From positions 558,001 to 622,000 of the forward strand of contig CATNEN010000027.1 in assembly GCA_950097015.1 (NCBI GenBank): DNA of 64,000 nt. Direction: 5' to 3'. Position 1 is the stretch's first letter. The number at the start of each line of letters is the position of its first letter. Of the stretch, positions 12,796 through 26,251 are shown piece after piece. A program made the translations under genes and the position numbers. The DNA comes from Macrostomum hystrix (taxonomy: Eukaryota > Animalia > Platyhelminthes). The notes under the pieces are model-generated. The model did not search any database. It was given only the letters and a program-made list of their open reading frames with translations, and had not been told where the DNA came from.

Positions 12796-13765
12796 GAAGT
12801 CAATGCTTTAAAAACTAGTGAATAGAACTGCAAAATGGAAAAAAGATAAAAATGAAAAAAGGAAAATGGAATTGTAGAAAATCAAAAGCGCCTACTTAAG
12901 TTTGACTAATCAATTTAGAATTTTCAATCCCTATCTTTCTGGCATTTCAAACTGCTAATCTTACTTACATATTCTTCCCCTAGAAGCAACGGCTCACCAG
13001 CCAATAACAGCCCGCCTCTCTCAACAAGAAGCTGTCCAATCAACAAGGCTGCCTACTTCCCACAAATCTGCTTCAATGCTGCTTCCGCCACTAAGCCATG
13101 TCACTGCCTCGTGTCTGCAGGTCGTTCTAAAGCTTCACCGAGAGCCCCCGAGGTAAGACAGTCTCCGTGAAGCCTAAAATATCTTCTGTTCTGCTTTTTC
13201 TTTTGTTTTAATGCGTCGAAGCGATAGGCCCTGTGAGTGCAGTTTTGTTACAATGCATTTTTTGCTACTGTAATCACTTGTAGGCCTCAGGCATGATTTT
13301 CTGAGCTACTCTAGCTGTGAATGCAGCTTACTTTTGAAGTTACCAATCTCTCTCCACCCAAGTCGCATGAACCTGCTAGAATGAGCCTGTGTGTTTCAAG
13401 TGTGTTTCACAATGCGCTCGACAACTCGTCAATCATAGACTTCCCATTTATGACAGACACTTGTATGCAGCTGTGGTACGTGATGACAAAATAAAACAAA
13501 GTCAGTTTTGAATGGCGTACTTTTCAGAGCCACAAACTATTTTAGCCAAAAGCGTAGCCATGTCAACCATTGCCAAACCCAAAATCAACTACGACGCATT
13601 GAACAATAGCCAGACTTTTTTAAAATTCCATGTGAGCATTTGTAGTCGTCTTTTTAATTTAAATCTTTTTAATTTCCGCTTTCATCGGAGCACTTTCATT
13701 TTCTAGAAAAATCTGACGGTTTCAAGGACCGCCCCGTGCTGCAACCTACCACAGAACTAACGGCA

Positions 13766-16700
13766 ATGGACCTGCCAAGCCTTCAGGGCCTGCAGGACGA
13801 CAATTCCACCTGCGCCCAGCACCTGCGCGTTCTGAACCTGTTCGACACTGGACCGCTAATCGACTACTTTGAGTGTCGCAACGACACCGCCGCGGTGCGC
13901 GCCCTGCGCCTCGACCTCGACGATATGGAACGCGAGACACAGCGCGAGCTTCGCCGGATTCAGCCAATCCTGGTGGCCTTCGTCTGTCTCATCGTGTTTG
14001 GCGCCGTTGGCAACGGCCTTCTAGTTGCAGCGGTGCTGCGCAGTCGTCGGATGCGCCAGGGCGTCACCAACCTGCTCGTCGCCAACCTGGCGTTGTCCGA
14101 CTTTGTCCTCTGCGTCCTGACCCAGCCGTGGAACATACGACGCTTGTTCTTTGCCACCACTAGCTGGACCTACGGACTGGCTCTGTGCAAGTTTGTCAAT
14201 GTGCTGACAGGATTGAACTTGTATGCCTCCACGTTTGCAGTCACCGCCATTGCCATCGATCGGTGTCGGGTGAGCTCAAGATTCTATGCTTATGTTCTGA
14301 AACTCAGATGCTACGCAGTGCATAACTGGGTTATAAAGTACGGTTGCATGTCGAAATCAATATGTGTATGTCAGAATCGTCTCACTAGTTTCAGAAGCGT
14401 CTCACTAGTTTCAGAAGCGTCTCACTAGTTTCAGAAGCGTCTCACTAGTTTCAGAAGCGTCTCACTAGTTTCAGAAGCGTCTCACTAGTTTCAGAAGCGT
14501 CTCACTAGTTTCAGAAGCGTCTCACTAGTTTCAGAAGCGTCTCACTAGTTTCAGAAGCGTCTCACTAGTTTCAGAAGCGTCTCACTAGTTTCAGAAGCGT
14601 CTCACTAGTTTCAGAAGCGTCTCACTAGTTTCAGAAGCATCTGTACTAGTTTCAGAAACTTTGAACTAGGTTCAGAGGCTTTGAACTAGGTTCAGAGGCT
14701 TTGAACTAGTTTCAGAAGCTTTGAACTAGTTTCAGAGAAGCTTTGAACTAGTTTCAGAAGCTTTGAACTAGTTTCAGAAGCGTTTCACTCATTTCAGAAG
14801 CATCTTACTAGTTTCAGAAGCGTTTCACTCGTTTCAGAAGCGTCTCACTAGTTTCAGAAGCGTTTCAGAAGCATCTTACTAGTTTCAGAAGCGTCTTACT
14901 AGTTTCAGAAGCGTTTCAGAAGCGTCTCACTAGTTTCAGAAGCGTTTCACTCATTTCAGAAGCATCTTACTAGTTTCAGATGCGTTTCACTCGTTTCAGA
15001 AGCGTCTCACTAGTTTCAGAAGCGTTTCAGAAGCGTCTTACTAGTTTCAGAAGCGTTTCAGAAGCGTCTCACTAGTTTCAAAAGCGTCTCACTAGTTTCA
15101 GAAGCGTTTCAGAAGCGTCTTAAGTTGCAGATCCCAGTCGAAAGTGCTCACTAAGTATATAAGGCTTCTATTGAGACTGGCAGAAAACACATGCTAATCT
15201 TTGGCCTGACTTTCCTGTCACGCCGGGCAAATAGTGAAGGCTAGCTGTACTGAATTCGGATGCGCAGGTGAGTACAGTATGAAGCTGCTTTTATTCGATG
15301 CTCAATATTTGAGCACTGCTCCAGTTAGGAAAACATTGTTTCTATTGCAAGCCGCTGTGGAACACTTGGGAGTTGTAAGTAGCATCAGGAAGATCCTCTT
15401 GCATCGCGGGAACAGCAAAGTCTAATGGATTCCTTGTCTAAAAGCAAACAGGTGCTTGCAGTTAATTGACCCCGGCCTGACAGCAAATGTCTGCGCTCGG
15501 CAGAGCACAACAGTACAATAAAGTTAGAGTGCTCATGCAGCTTCTGCAGTCAGGGCAGCGAACCGAGAGCGGAGCTGTAGGCTGCAATGATCGGAGGGAA
15601 AATATCAGATTTCATGACTGCAATCACAGCTTTTGGCAGCCCAGTCGATGCATAGGGAATTTCCTATGCATAGAGTTTTCTGATTTTACGCAACTCCGCT
15701 GCGCGTGACTTCCTTAATCTGCCGGAAAAAAATTCCCTCTTCCAGGAGAGCTCTGTTGGACTCCATGACTTTCTTTTAGGACAAGGAGCGAGGGTTTCTG
15801 TCCGATAAGTCCATACTTTGTGCTGAAGACAGTAAAGACTGTTCGGCTATAGAACTTAATAGCACAAACATATGCCGTGACTCCGCTTTCTCACTTTCGG
15901 CCCGGGCATCCACCTCTGCTGCGGCCGTCCACTTCCTAGAAACAAATGTTAATAGTAAATTTTTTTCACACTCAGAATTACCAACTGTTCCCTAGTTAAA
16001 CTGAGCTGGGACTGAGCTGAGCTCGATCTATTTCAAATTGAGCAAACCGACTATCACAATGATCGTTGCTTTCATTTTAACGCCAGAAATAGCTGGCTAT
16101 CTTACGGGAATATTGCTTTGTCGGCTTGACAGGACAAAAAGTACAAGCTCTAGTTTTTTGACGGGATTGGAAAAACTGTTTTCAAAACATTTCCTGTTTC
16201 TCAACTCAAAAGGAAATTACAACTGTGTTACCAGATCCCAGACGCAATATCTGTTCGTCTCCATGCAGTAGGAGCTTCAATTTACAAGCAGCTTCGGCAT
16301 CTTCCCAGCCCTTGTCCTACTGACTCTAAGGCCGAAGGGTCGATACATTTATTGGTTAACGCTTGGGTGCTGTACGTGTACGGGCGCAGCCGCACCATGC
16401 ATGCACCCACCCTAAAAAATCAATCCGTATGAGCACTAGCGTACATAAGCTTCAGTGTATTTGGAAGCCGTCAGGGCGTAAATTGCACGACAAGCATTCT
16501 CCCAAATTTCCCAAATCATCATCGCCGCGGAATCGAGCTCAGGGACCTTGTTGCGAGAGGCAAACGCTCTAGACCGCTCTGCCACTCAGCTTTAAATCAA
16601 ATACCTACATTTTACATGATTAAAACATAGATAGTCAATATTCAAATACCTGCTTCTTTGGGAAAATATATTTCCTTTAAAAACTCCAAACCTAACTGAT

Positions 16701-17649
16701 TTCATAGCCTCATCCTCATATAGTTCTCCCTGTTCGAACTTTCACACCTGCACACTGGCAGGCGGTGACGCAGCCCCTGGATCGGACCCTTGAGAGACGC
16801 ATGCGTCTGGCGCTGCCCTTCACATGGCTGGCCGCGTGTCTCATGGCCAGCCCGCTGCTCTGGTTCGGCATCATCACGAAGGATCAAACATCACCGGCTG
16901 GCGGCGACCGTCTCATCTGCTGGGAGCGTTCAAACAGCGACGGGGAGAAGGCGGCCAAGCTGCTATACAGCTGCCTGACGATGTGCATCCAGTATGCCAC
17001 ACCCCTCACTGTTCTGCTGGTCGCTTTTGTCCTGATTCGGCGACGTCTACGAAGGAGACTTCATGGCGGCGGCGGCGGCGGCGGCGACGAGGCACCGGCG
17101 CGATCGCTGACCGCACCGCAGGCGGCCAGACGCCAGGCCGAGCGTCAGCGACAGCGGCGAGCTAACATTCTTCTGGCCTCGGTTGCTGTGGCATTCGGCT
17201 TGTCCTGGCTGCCGCTGTCAGCCTTCAACTTGGCCAACGACTACAAAATCTGGCAGGTGAAAGTGGAAACAGCCACCTCATCGGTGTCGGACGTTGAACA
17301 GCAGCTGCAGGCGGCCAGCACTGGCTTCTCGGTAGCTCTGGTGCAGGCTCTCTGCCTGCTGTTCGTCTTATGCTCCGCCTGCGTCAACCCTGTACTGTAC
17401 GGCTTCTTGAACGAGAACTTCAGAGCCGAGTTCCGCTCACTGGCGCCCGAATGGTGCAGGCGTCGGTTACGTCGCCGGCGCCAGTCGCAGGCGGGTGACG
17501 CGAGGGTTGGCGGGCAGGGCTTGACGGGTGGTGAAGCAACTGTGGGCCCCGGCGCCGCAGCGGAACTGCTCGACTGCGGCGAAATCGGGATTGACTGCGA
17601 CATTGACGAGCCGCAAGAGAAAGAGGCCTTTCCCGAGACTGTTGTGTAG
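13766..17649 (+). CDS. Class A GPCR, neuropeptide Y/F-receptor-like, 2 coding exons, 463 aa
   Basis: Exons 13766-14269 (donor CGG|GTGAGC) and 16762-17649 (acceptor GGCAG|GCG), phase 0. Seven hydrophobic segments with GNxLL, NLALSD, TM3 Cys (LCK), DRC, CWE in ECL2, SWLPL and NPVLYGFLNENFR. Ligand class inferred from motif similarity. Confidence 0.9.
14378..15122. repeat. 20-bp minisatellite (GTTTCAGAAGCGTCTCACTA)n, GPCR intron
   Basis: Perfect 5' block, degenerate 3' block. Confidence 0.95.
16400..16590 (-). mobile_element. tRNA-derived SINE (family B), 5' part, in the GPCR intron
   Basis: Minus strand GTGGCAGAGCGGTCTAGAGCG (A-box) and GAGCTCGATTCC (B-box); near-identical block to the 11260-11375 copy. 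Confidence 0.7.
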
Positions 17650-17669
17650 TCATTTGGTCTGCTTTTTCA

Positions 17670-19045
17670 TCTAGCTGGCTCAATACTGTTTGATATAGCT
17701 GGTTCTGTTGCTGTTTGATCTAGCTGGTTCTGTTGCTGTTTGATCTAGCTGGTTCTGTTGCTGTTTGATCTAGCTGACTCAATGCTGTTTGATCTAGCTC
17801 GTTCAGTTGCTGTTTGGTCTAGCTGACTCAATGCTGTTTCATCTAGCTGGCTCAATTCTGTTTGATCTAGCTGGCTCAATGCTGCTTGATATACTCGTAG
17901 CTGGTTCTGTTGCTGTTTGATCTAGCTGGTTCTGTTGCTGTTTGATCTAGCTGACTCAATGCTGTTTGATCTAGCTGGCTCAATGCTGTTTGATCTAGCT
18001 CGTTCAGTTGCTGTTTGGTCTAGCTGACTCAATGCTGTTTCATCTAGCTGGCTCAATGCTGTTTGATCTAGCTGGTTCAGTTGCTGTTTGATCTAGCTGG
18101 CTCAGTGCTGTTTGATCTAGCTGGTTCTGTTGCTGTTTGATCTAGCTGGTTCTGTTGCTGTTTGATCTAGCTGGTTCTGTTGCTGTTTGATCTAGCTGGT
18201 TCTGTTGCTGTTTGATCTAGCTGGTTCTGTTTGATCTAGCTGGTTCTGTTGCTGTTTGATCTAGCTGGTTCTGTTGCTGTTTGATCTAGCTGGTTCTGTT
18301 GCTGTTTGATCTAGCTCGTTCAGTTGCTGTTTGATCTAGCTGGTTCAATGCTGTTTGATCTAGCTGGCTCAGTGCTGTTTGATCTAGCTGGCTCAGTGCT
18401 GTTTGATCTAGCTCGTTCAGTTGCTGTTTCATCTAGCTGGCTCAATGCTGTTTGATCTAGCTGGCTCAATGCTGTTTGATCTAGCTGGTTCTGTTGCTGT
18501 TTGATCTAGCTGGTTCTGTTGCTGTTTGATCTAGCTGGTTCTGTTGCTGTTTGATCTAGCTGGTTCTGTTGCTGTTTGATCTAGCTGGTTCTGTTGCTGT
18601 TTGATCTAGCTGGTTCTGTTGCTGTTTGATCTAGCTGACTCAATGCTGTTTGATCTAGCTCGTTCAGTTGCTGTTTGATCTAGCTGGCTCAATGCTGTTT
18701 GATCTAGCTGGCTCAGTGCTGTTTGATCTAGCTGGCTCAATGCTGTTTGATCTAGCTGGCTCAGTGCTGTTTGATCTAGCTGGCTCAATGCTGTTTGATC
18801 TAGCTGGTTCAGTTGCTGTTTGATCTAGCTGACTCAATGCTGTTTGATCTAGCTGGTTCAGTTGCTGTTTGATCTAGCTGGCTCAATGCTGTTTGGTCTA
18901 GCTGACTCAATGCTGTTTCATCTAGCTGGCTCAATGCTGTTTGATCTAGCTGACTCAATGCTGTTTCATCTAGCTGGCTCAATGCTGTTTGATCTAGCTC
19001 GTTCAGTGCTGCTTCATCTAGCTGGCTCAATGCTGGATGATCTAG
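17670..19045. repeat. 24/25-bp minisatellite (GCTGTTTGATCTAGCTGGTTCTGTT / GCTGTTTGATCTAGCTGGCTCAAT)n after the GPCR stop
   Basis: Two interleaved unit variants. Confidence 0.95.
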
Positions 19046-19324
19046 CTAGAAGAGTGTTTACTGTCCATTAAGTACCTTAATGAGGGAAATTTGTTATATA
19101 ATATTTAAAATAAAATGTTTCGTTTAGCAAAGGAAAACGCGGAAATGACAAAAGTCATAATTTTGATGCTACGAGCTACAATATTTTTAAACATATTTTT
19201 GTGCAATTTTTACAAGTGAAAGAATTATTAGGTCACTAAGCTCGCTGTCAATGTATTTTGAAATAATAAACCTGTACTTTTATTTCAATATCTAATAATT
19301 TAACAAGTATCTAGTGTCAGTTTG

Positions 19325-19982
19325 ATTGTGTCAGTTAGTGTGACTGTCTGTGTCAGTTAGTGTGACTGTCTGTGTCAGTTAGTGTGACTGTCCGTGTCAG
19401 TTAGTGTGACTGTCTGTGTCAGTTAGTGTGACTGTCTGTGTCAGTTAGTGTGACTGTCTGTGTCAGTTAGTGTGACTGTCTGTGTCAGTTAGTGTGACTG
19501 TCTGTGTCAGTTAGTGTGACTGTCCGTGTCAGTTAGTGTGACTGTCTGTGTCAGTTAGTGTGACTGTCTGTGTCAGTTAGTGTGACTGTCTGTGTCAGTT
19601 AGTGTGACTGTCTGTGTCAGTTAGTGTGACTGTCTGTGTCAGTTAGTGTGACTGTCTGTGTCAGTTAGTGTGACTGTCTGTGTCAGTTAGTGTGACTGTC
19701 TGTGTCAGTTAGTGTGACTGTCTGTGTCAGTTAGTGTGACTGTCTGTGTCAGTTAGTGTGACTGTCCGTGTCAGTTAGTGTGACTGTCTGTGTCAGTTAG
19801 TGTGACTGTCTGTGTCAGTTAGTGTGACTGTCTGTGTCAGTTAGTGTGACTGTCCGTGTCAGTTAGTGTGACTGTCTGTGTCAGTTAGTGTGACTGTCTG
19901 TGTCAGTTAGTGTGACTGTCTGTGTCAGTTAGTGTGACTGTCTGTGTCAGTTAGTGTGACTGTCCGTGTCAGTTTGACTGTG
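19325..19982. repeat. 22-bp minisatellite (TGTGTCAGTTAGTGTGACTGTC)n
   Basis: About 30 almost identical units. Confidence 0.97.
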
Positions 19983-21074
19983 TCCAATTCCCAAATTCAG
20001 CTTAAGCCCAAGCTATCGATTGGTTTAGTATTCCAAAGCGTACTTCAATGCTTGTTAAAAAAGCCATGAATAAACACTTTGCCTTTTTCGATTGAGTCAA
20101 TTCCCAGTTGGGAGTTAGTCGCTGCTGACACACTCCACAGCCAGGCGATGGAAGAATGAACAAAGTATTCTCAAGGGAGCTACAGCAGAAAGCGAGGCAA
20201 AAATAATATTGAGCAGATTCTCGAAATTCCAAAAAGGCTGCTTAACGCCCAGGGGAACAACACAGGCTAAAGTGGTGCCAACATTTTTCTTGTCCAATAG
20301 AGAGAACAGTGAGATGAGATACGAGTGTGAGATGAGAGATGAGAGAGAGAAGACTGGGATGAGAGATGACAATTAGTTGAGAAATAAGAATGCGATGAGC
20401 GACGAAAGTGAATGGGAGATGAGATTACAACCAGTGAGTAGCATTAATGGAAAAGAAAAAGTGAAGATGATTTATGGGTCGGGATGAAAGGAGAGATCAG
20501 TACAGATGCTAGTGGAGAACCCCAAGTTGGTTAATAAATTTATGCTAATTAATTTTGTTTCGTTAAGAAACAGGATTCCATGCCAGGCTAGCAAGACTGT
20601 GATTGAGCACTGTGCGGCTTCACACTGAATGAGGAAGTGTGCCAGAATGCCATTCGCTATGGTCTCAGGTGATGATGCCTCCAGCTGCCATACAGCCAGA
20701 GGTTAATGAAATTCTCAGTGATGTATGCACGCACAGCAATACGACAACTGGACTTGGCAAATATATGGGCGACGTGGGAACTAGATTCGACTTGAGTATC
20801 TCATCTTGTTTTGGGTCCCACACGGCCTTAGGCAACTATTGATTATTCCGACTCTTCACTATTGAATGTACTTTTCTCCCGAATCAGCGATAAATTTAAA
20901 TAGAAAATAATTAAGAGTGTACTCGATAAGTCAACAGAGACACGACAATGCTTACACGACACTAATGCAAAGTCGATTTACTCTCTTGCCTTGTTGCTTC
21001 CACTTTCTGGGTGTTTTCTTGAGAGGAAAATACTTAGCATAACGTATCATCGATTGTTACCTGGGCTGTGAGAC

Positions 21075-22583
21075 TGCGAGATTGAGATACGGGAGAGATG
21101 AGACACCAGAGTGATGAGACACCAGAGTGATGAGACACCAGAGAGATTAGACACCAGAGAGATGAGACACCAGAGAGATGAGACACCAGAGAGATTAGAC
21201 ACCAGAGAGATGAGACACCAGAGAGATGAGACACCAGAGAGATGAGACACCAGAGAGATTAGACACCATAGAGTTGAGACACTGGAGAGATGAAATACGG
21301 AGAGATGAGACACGGGAGAGTTGACACACTAGAGAGATGAGACACCAGAGAGATAGGACACCTGAGAGATGAAATACCGGAGAGCTGAGACACCAGAGAG
21401 ATGAGACACCAGAGAGATGAGACACCAGAGAGATGAGACACCAGAGAGATGAGACACCAGAGAGATGAGACACCAGAGAGATGAGACACCAGAGAGATGA
21501 GACACCAGAGAGATTAGACACCATAGAGTTGAGACACTGGAGAGATGAAATACGGAGAGATGAGACACGGGAGAGTTGACACACTAGAGAGATGAGACAC
21601 CAGAGAGATAGGACACCTGAGAGATGAAATACCGGAGAGCTGAGACACCAGAGAGATGACACACCAGAGAGATGAGACACCAGAGAGATGAGACACCAGA
21701 GAGATGAGACACCAGAGAGATGAGACACCAGATAGATGAGACACAGGAGAGATGAGACACCAGAGAGGTGAGACACTGGAGAGATGACACACGGGAGAGA
21801 TGAGACACCAGAAAGATGAGACACCAGAGAGATGAGACACCAGATAGATGACACACCAGAGAGATGAGACACAGGAGAGATATGACACAGGAGAAATATG
21901 ACACGAGAGAGATGAGACAAGAGAGAGATGAAACACCAGAGAGGTTAGACACCAGAGTGATGAGACACGGGAGAGATGAGGCACAGGAGAGATGAGACAC
22001 AGGAGAGATGAGACACCAGAAAGATGAGACACCAGAGTGATGAGACACCAGAGTGATGAGACACGGGAGAGATGAGACACAGGAGAGATGAGACACCAGA
22101 TAGATGAGACACAGGAGAGATGAGACACCAGAAAGATGAGACACCAGATAGATGAGACACCAGATAGATGACACACCAGAGAGATGAGACACAGGAGAGA
22201 TATGACACAGGAGAAATATGACACGAGAGAGATGAGACAAGAGAGAGATGAAACACCAGAGAGGTTAGACACCAGAGTGATGAGACACGGGAGAGATGAG
22301 ACACAGGAGAGATGAGACACAGGAGAGATGAGACACCAGAGAGATGAGACACCAGAGAGGTGAGACACCAGAGTGATGAGACACCAGAGTGATGAGACAC
22401 GGGAGAGATGAGACACAGGAGAGATGAGACACCAGAGAGATGAGACACCAGAGAGATGAGACACCAGAGTGATTATACACCAGATAGATGAGACAGCAGA
22501 TAGATGAGACAACAGAGTGATGAGACACGGGAGAGATGAGACACCGGAGAGATATGACACAAGAGAGATGAGACACCAGAGAG
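21075..22583. repeat. 16-bp minisatellite (GAGACACCAGAGAGAT)n
   Basis: Reverse-complement relative of the 3452-4288 unit. Confidence 0.95.
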
Positions 22584-23059
22584 ATTTTAACGTTATAAAA
22601 GGAATTTTTGGAAAGTGAAGCTTCTGACTGAACTGAACCTCGATCTTTCCAATGTGTACTTTTACTCCTTTGTCCGGCAGCTGGTCAACTTGGACGCGTC
22701 AATCCGATTAACTAATTTTCTTTTGTTCCTCTTTTTCTTTCAAAGCAGACAAAGCGGAATAAAAAATCTACGAAGGTGGCAATAAATGGTGCATTCAATG
22801 AGCAGGCCTATGAGATCCGGTTAAAACTGGTTAAATCTTCCATCGTCTGCCAACTAACGTTAAAGCGAGTGTTTTTAGTCTAAGTTGCTAGTTTTACTCA
22901 ACTGTCGGAGAAGATTAAGAAGGTCGACGAAGGTTTAAGAAGGTTTATAATAATATATTTATAATAATATTGTGGTCTTTGCCAAGGTGGTAAAATAGCA
23001 TGGTCTTTCTACTGTTAATAAATCGTGCTTTGCAGACTCTCTCACATTCATTTCCCACT

Positions 23060-24418
23060 CAGCCCATGAAATCATTCATCTGACATTCCCTACTCAGCCC
23101 ATGAAATCATTCATCTGACATTACCTTCTCAGTTCATGAAATCATTCATCTGACATTCCCTTCTCAGTTCATGAAATCATTCATCTGACATTCCCTTCTC
23201 AGTTCATGAAATAATTCATCTGACATTCCCTTCTTAGTTCATGAAATCATTCATCTGACATTCCCTTCTCAGTTCATGAAATCATTCATCTGACATTCCC
23301 TTCTCAGTTCATGAAATCATTCATCTGACATTCCTACTCAGCCCATGAAATCATTCATCTGACATTACCTTCTCAGTTCATGAAATCATTCATCTGAAAT
23401 TCCCTTCTCAGTTCATGAAAAAATTCATCTGACATTCCCTTCTCAGTTCATGAAATCATTCATCTGACATTCCCTTCTTAGTTCATGAAATCATTCATCT
23501 GACATTCCCTTCTCAGTTCATGAAATCATTCATCTGACATTCCCTTCTCAGTTCTTGAAATCATTCATCTGACATTCCCTTCTCAGTTCGTGAAATCATT
23601 CATCTGACATTCCCTCCTCAGTTCATGAAATCATTCATCTGACATTCCTACTCAGCCCATGAAATCATTCATCTGACATTCCCTCCTCAGTTCATGAAAT
23701 CATTCATCTGACATTCCTACTCAGCCCATGAAATCATTCATCTGACATTACCTTCTTAGTTCATAAAATCATTCATCTGACATTCCCTTCTCAGTTCATG
23801 AAATCATTCATCTGACATTCCCTCCTCAGTTCATGAAATCATTCATCTGACATTCCCTCCTCAGTTCATGAAATCATTCATCTGACATTCCTACTCAGCC
23901 CATGAAATCATTCATCTGACATTACCTTCTCAGTTCATGAAATCATTCATCTGAAATTCCCTTCTCAGTTCATGAAAAAATTCATCTGACATTCCCTTCT
24001 CAGTTCATGAAATCATTCATCTGACATTCCCTTCTTAGTTCATGAAATCATTCATCTGACATTCCCTTCTCAGTTCATGAAATCATTCATCTGACATTCC
24101 CTTCTTAGTTCATGAAATCATTCATCTGACATTCCGTTCTCAGTTCATGAAATCATTCATCTGACATTCCCTTCTTAGTTCATGAAATCATTCATCTGAC
24201 ATTCCCTTCTCAGTTCATGAAATCATTCATCTGACATTCCCTTCTCAGTTCATGAAATCATTCATCTGACATTCCCTTCTCAGCCCATGAAATCATTCAT
24301 CTGACATTCCCTCCTCAGTTCATGAAATCATTCATCTGACATTCCTACTCAGCCCATGAAATCATTCATCTGACATTCCCTCCTCAGTTCTGACAATTCC
24401 CTCCTCAGTTCTGACATT
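23060..24418. repeat. 35-bp minisatellite (CATGAAATCATTCATCTGACATTCCCTTCTCAGTT)n
   Basis: About 39 units with a 34-bp variant. Confidence 0.96.
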
Positions 24419-25489
24419 ACACGGCAAACCAGTTGATGCATGAAAACCTAAACACATCTTTTGTATTTTGTGCGCTCAAATACAGAAACAAGTTGCTTTC
24501 GTCAGAATTTCTAAGAGTTATTCATGCAGCACAAACAGCATAAACGACGAAAACTGTTTATCTTATTTGTCTGAGATTTAGAAAATGGTGAAGATTTTGA
24601 TGAAGCTAACAATTTAGATTAGCAGTGATATTTCCTGCGCTGCAATATTAAGTGAATTTTCAATTGAACGGATTATTATAGAATATTCCACGCAATGCCA
24701 TGTAGACGACTAATTATTCTGATAGAATAATTTCTCGCAAAGCAGCATTTTGTTGATAATTTATTTGGTCTTTTCAGATAAGAAATTATTTATTGCCACA
24801 CCATTCCTTAATTTTATTCCTTAAAATAGTATTATTAATTAATAATCTCAAACTAAATTTGTTATAATGGAGTTAAGAAATTCGCCACGAAAATTCAAAC
24901 ATAGCACGAATGTTTCGCATATATGTTGAAAAATTCATAAAAATAGATTTCAGCAATAAGAGAAAATCTTTGAACTTTTCTTTGAAAGTTACTTTCATTT
25001 GTAAAATCTTCACCTGTAAGTCAGTAAATTTGTCTGTACTTATATTGACATTTCAGCAAGCAAGTGCACGCACCACCAGCTATCGTAAAGTCTTCAGGAT
25101 TACCAAAATCCGTTTGATTGATTATCGATTAAAACAAAAAGTAGATGTTTAATTAGAGGAAAGTGTCCGCTAGTCTGTATTACCTAATACTATAAATACA
25201 TGCACCTGTGCACATATTTTTCGTACCAGTCACACGACAATTTTCACAATCAATTATTTTTGCTCGGACACGCAAGCATATAGACGAAGGACTAATCAAT
25301 TGCTGCTAGCGGTCCAATTGTACCAGCGGTCCAATTGAAATAGATTATAATTTGACACTTGTTGTCGGGTTACTTACAAACCGCTCCATGGAAACAGTTT
25401 CATTTTTGTAGAATAATTTCTGCTGCAATTCATAAAAAGTGGGATCGAATATTAAAAATGGCAATGCGAGTCATATGGTCCATGCATGG

Positions 25490-25745
25490 CCATGCATGAG
25501 GTCAGATTATCGCATCGAAATCACGACTTGAAGGTCAGGGTTTCGATTCTTGACTCAAGTGGAACAATTTGTGCATTATATCAAGACACTTAATTCTGCA
25601 GTGATTGATTCAGTAAACCGGCCAGCTAAATGGGTAGTATGCCAGCATTAGGTGGGGAAATCGAGAGTGTGTGTGGTGTTCCCCAGTCCATGAATTGAGC
25701 CGTACGCAGCCTTCCATTTTCGCCGCGCAATGCTGCGGCTGTACT
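25490..25745 (+). mobile_element. tRNA-derived CORE-like SINE (family A)
   Basis: Degenerate B-box GGTTTCGATTC, core CAAGACACTTAA..TAAATGGGTAG, 3' CCCAGTCCA..GCGCAATGCTGCGGCTGT. Confidence 0.6.
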
Positions 25746-26251
25746 AGGCTGCACATCTGGACTACAATATAGGTGTAATCAAACTAATTTATTCTATTAC
25801 CAGCTAGAGAATTCGTGCCTATGCTTCATATGCACAGCTATATATAGCTGTAGTCTCGGGCTCTAGTATTGGTAATGTCTGATTGTGGCATCCTTAGCTG
25901 CGCTTCACACGGGGCTACACGCACACTCGCTTCGCACATTTGCACTGCAACTCAGGTAACCCAGTGTGACATCTTCAATGAGGCTTTTTATGAAAACGTA
26001 ACTGCCAAAAAATCTTAAAAACAAAAATTTCTAATAAGCGTGTAAATATTTTCTAACAAGAAATTTTAAATTCAAAGTGTTTATTTTTTATAAGTAACAG
26101 ATTGTAGTACGCACTTAGTTTTAATGACTCGTTTGTACGAAATTAAAAATAATAAACATTTATTTTCACGATTATTTTAATATCGATTCCAAACAGTTAG
26201 CAATTAGAATTTCTATATTGTTTTTTGCCAATTCAGTTTATTTCAGTAAAA

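Noticed and set aside
21034-22576. Cys/Leu/Ser-rich ORFs (SHLSGVSSLWCLISLV)n
   Set aside because: Frames of a 16-bp minisatellite; the same artefact appears at 3246-4352 beyond the true exon end at 3423.
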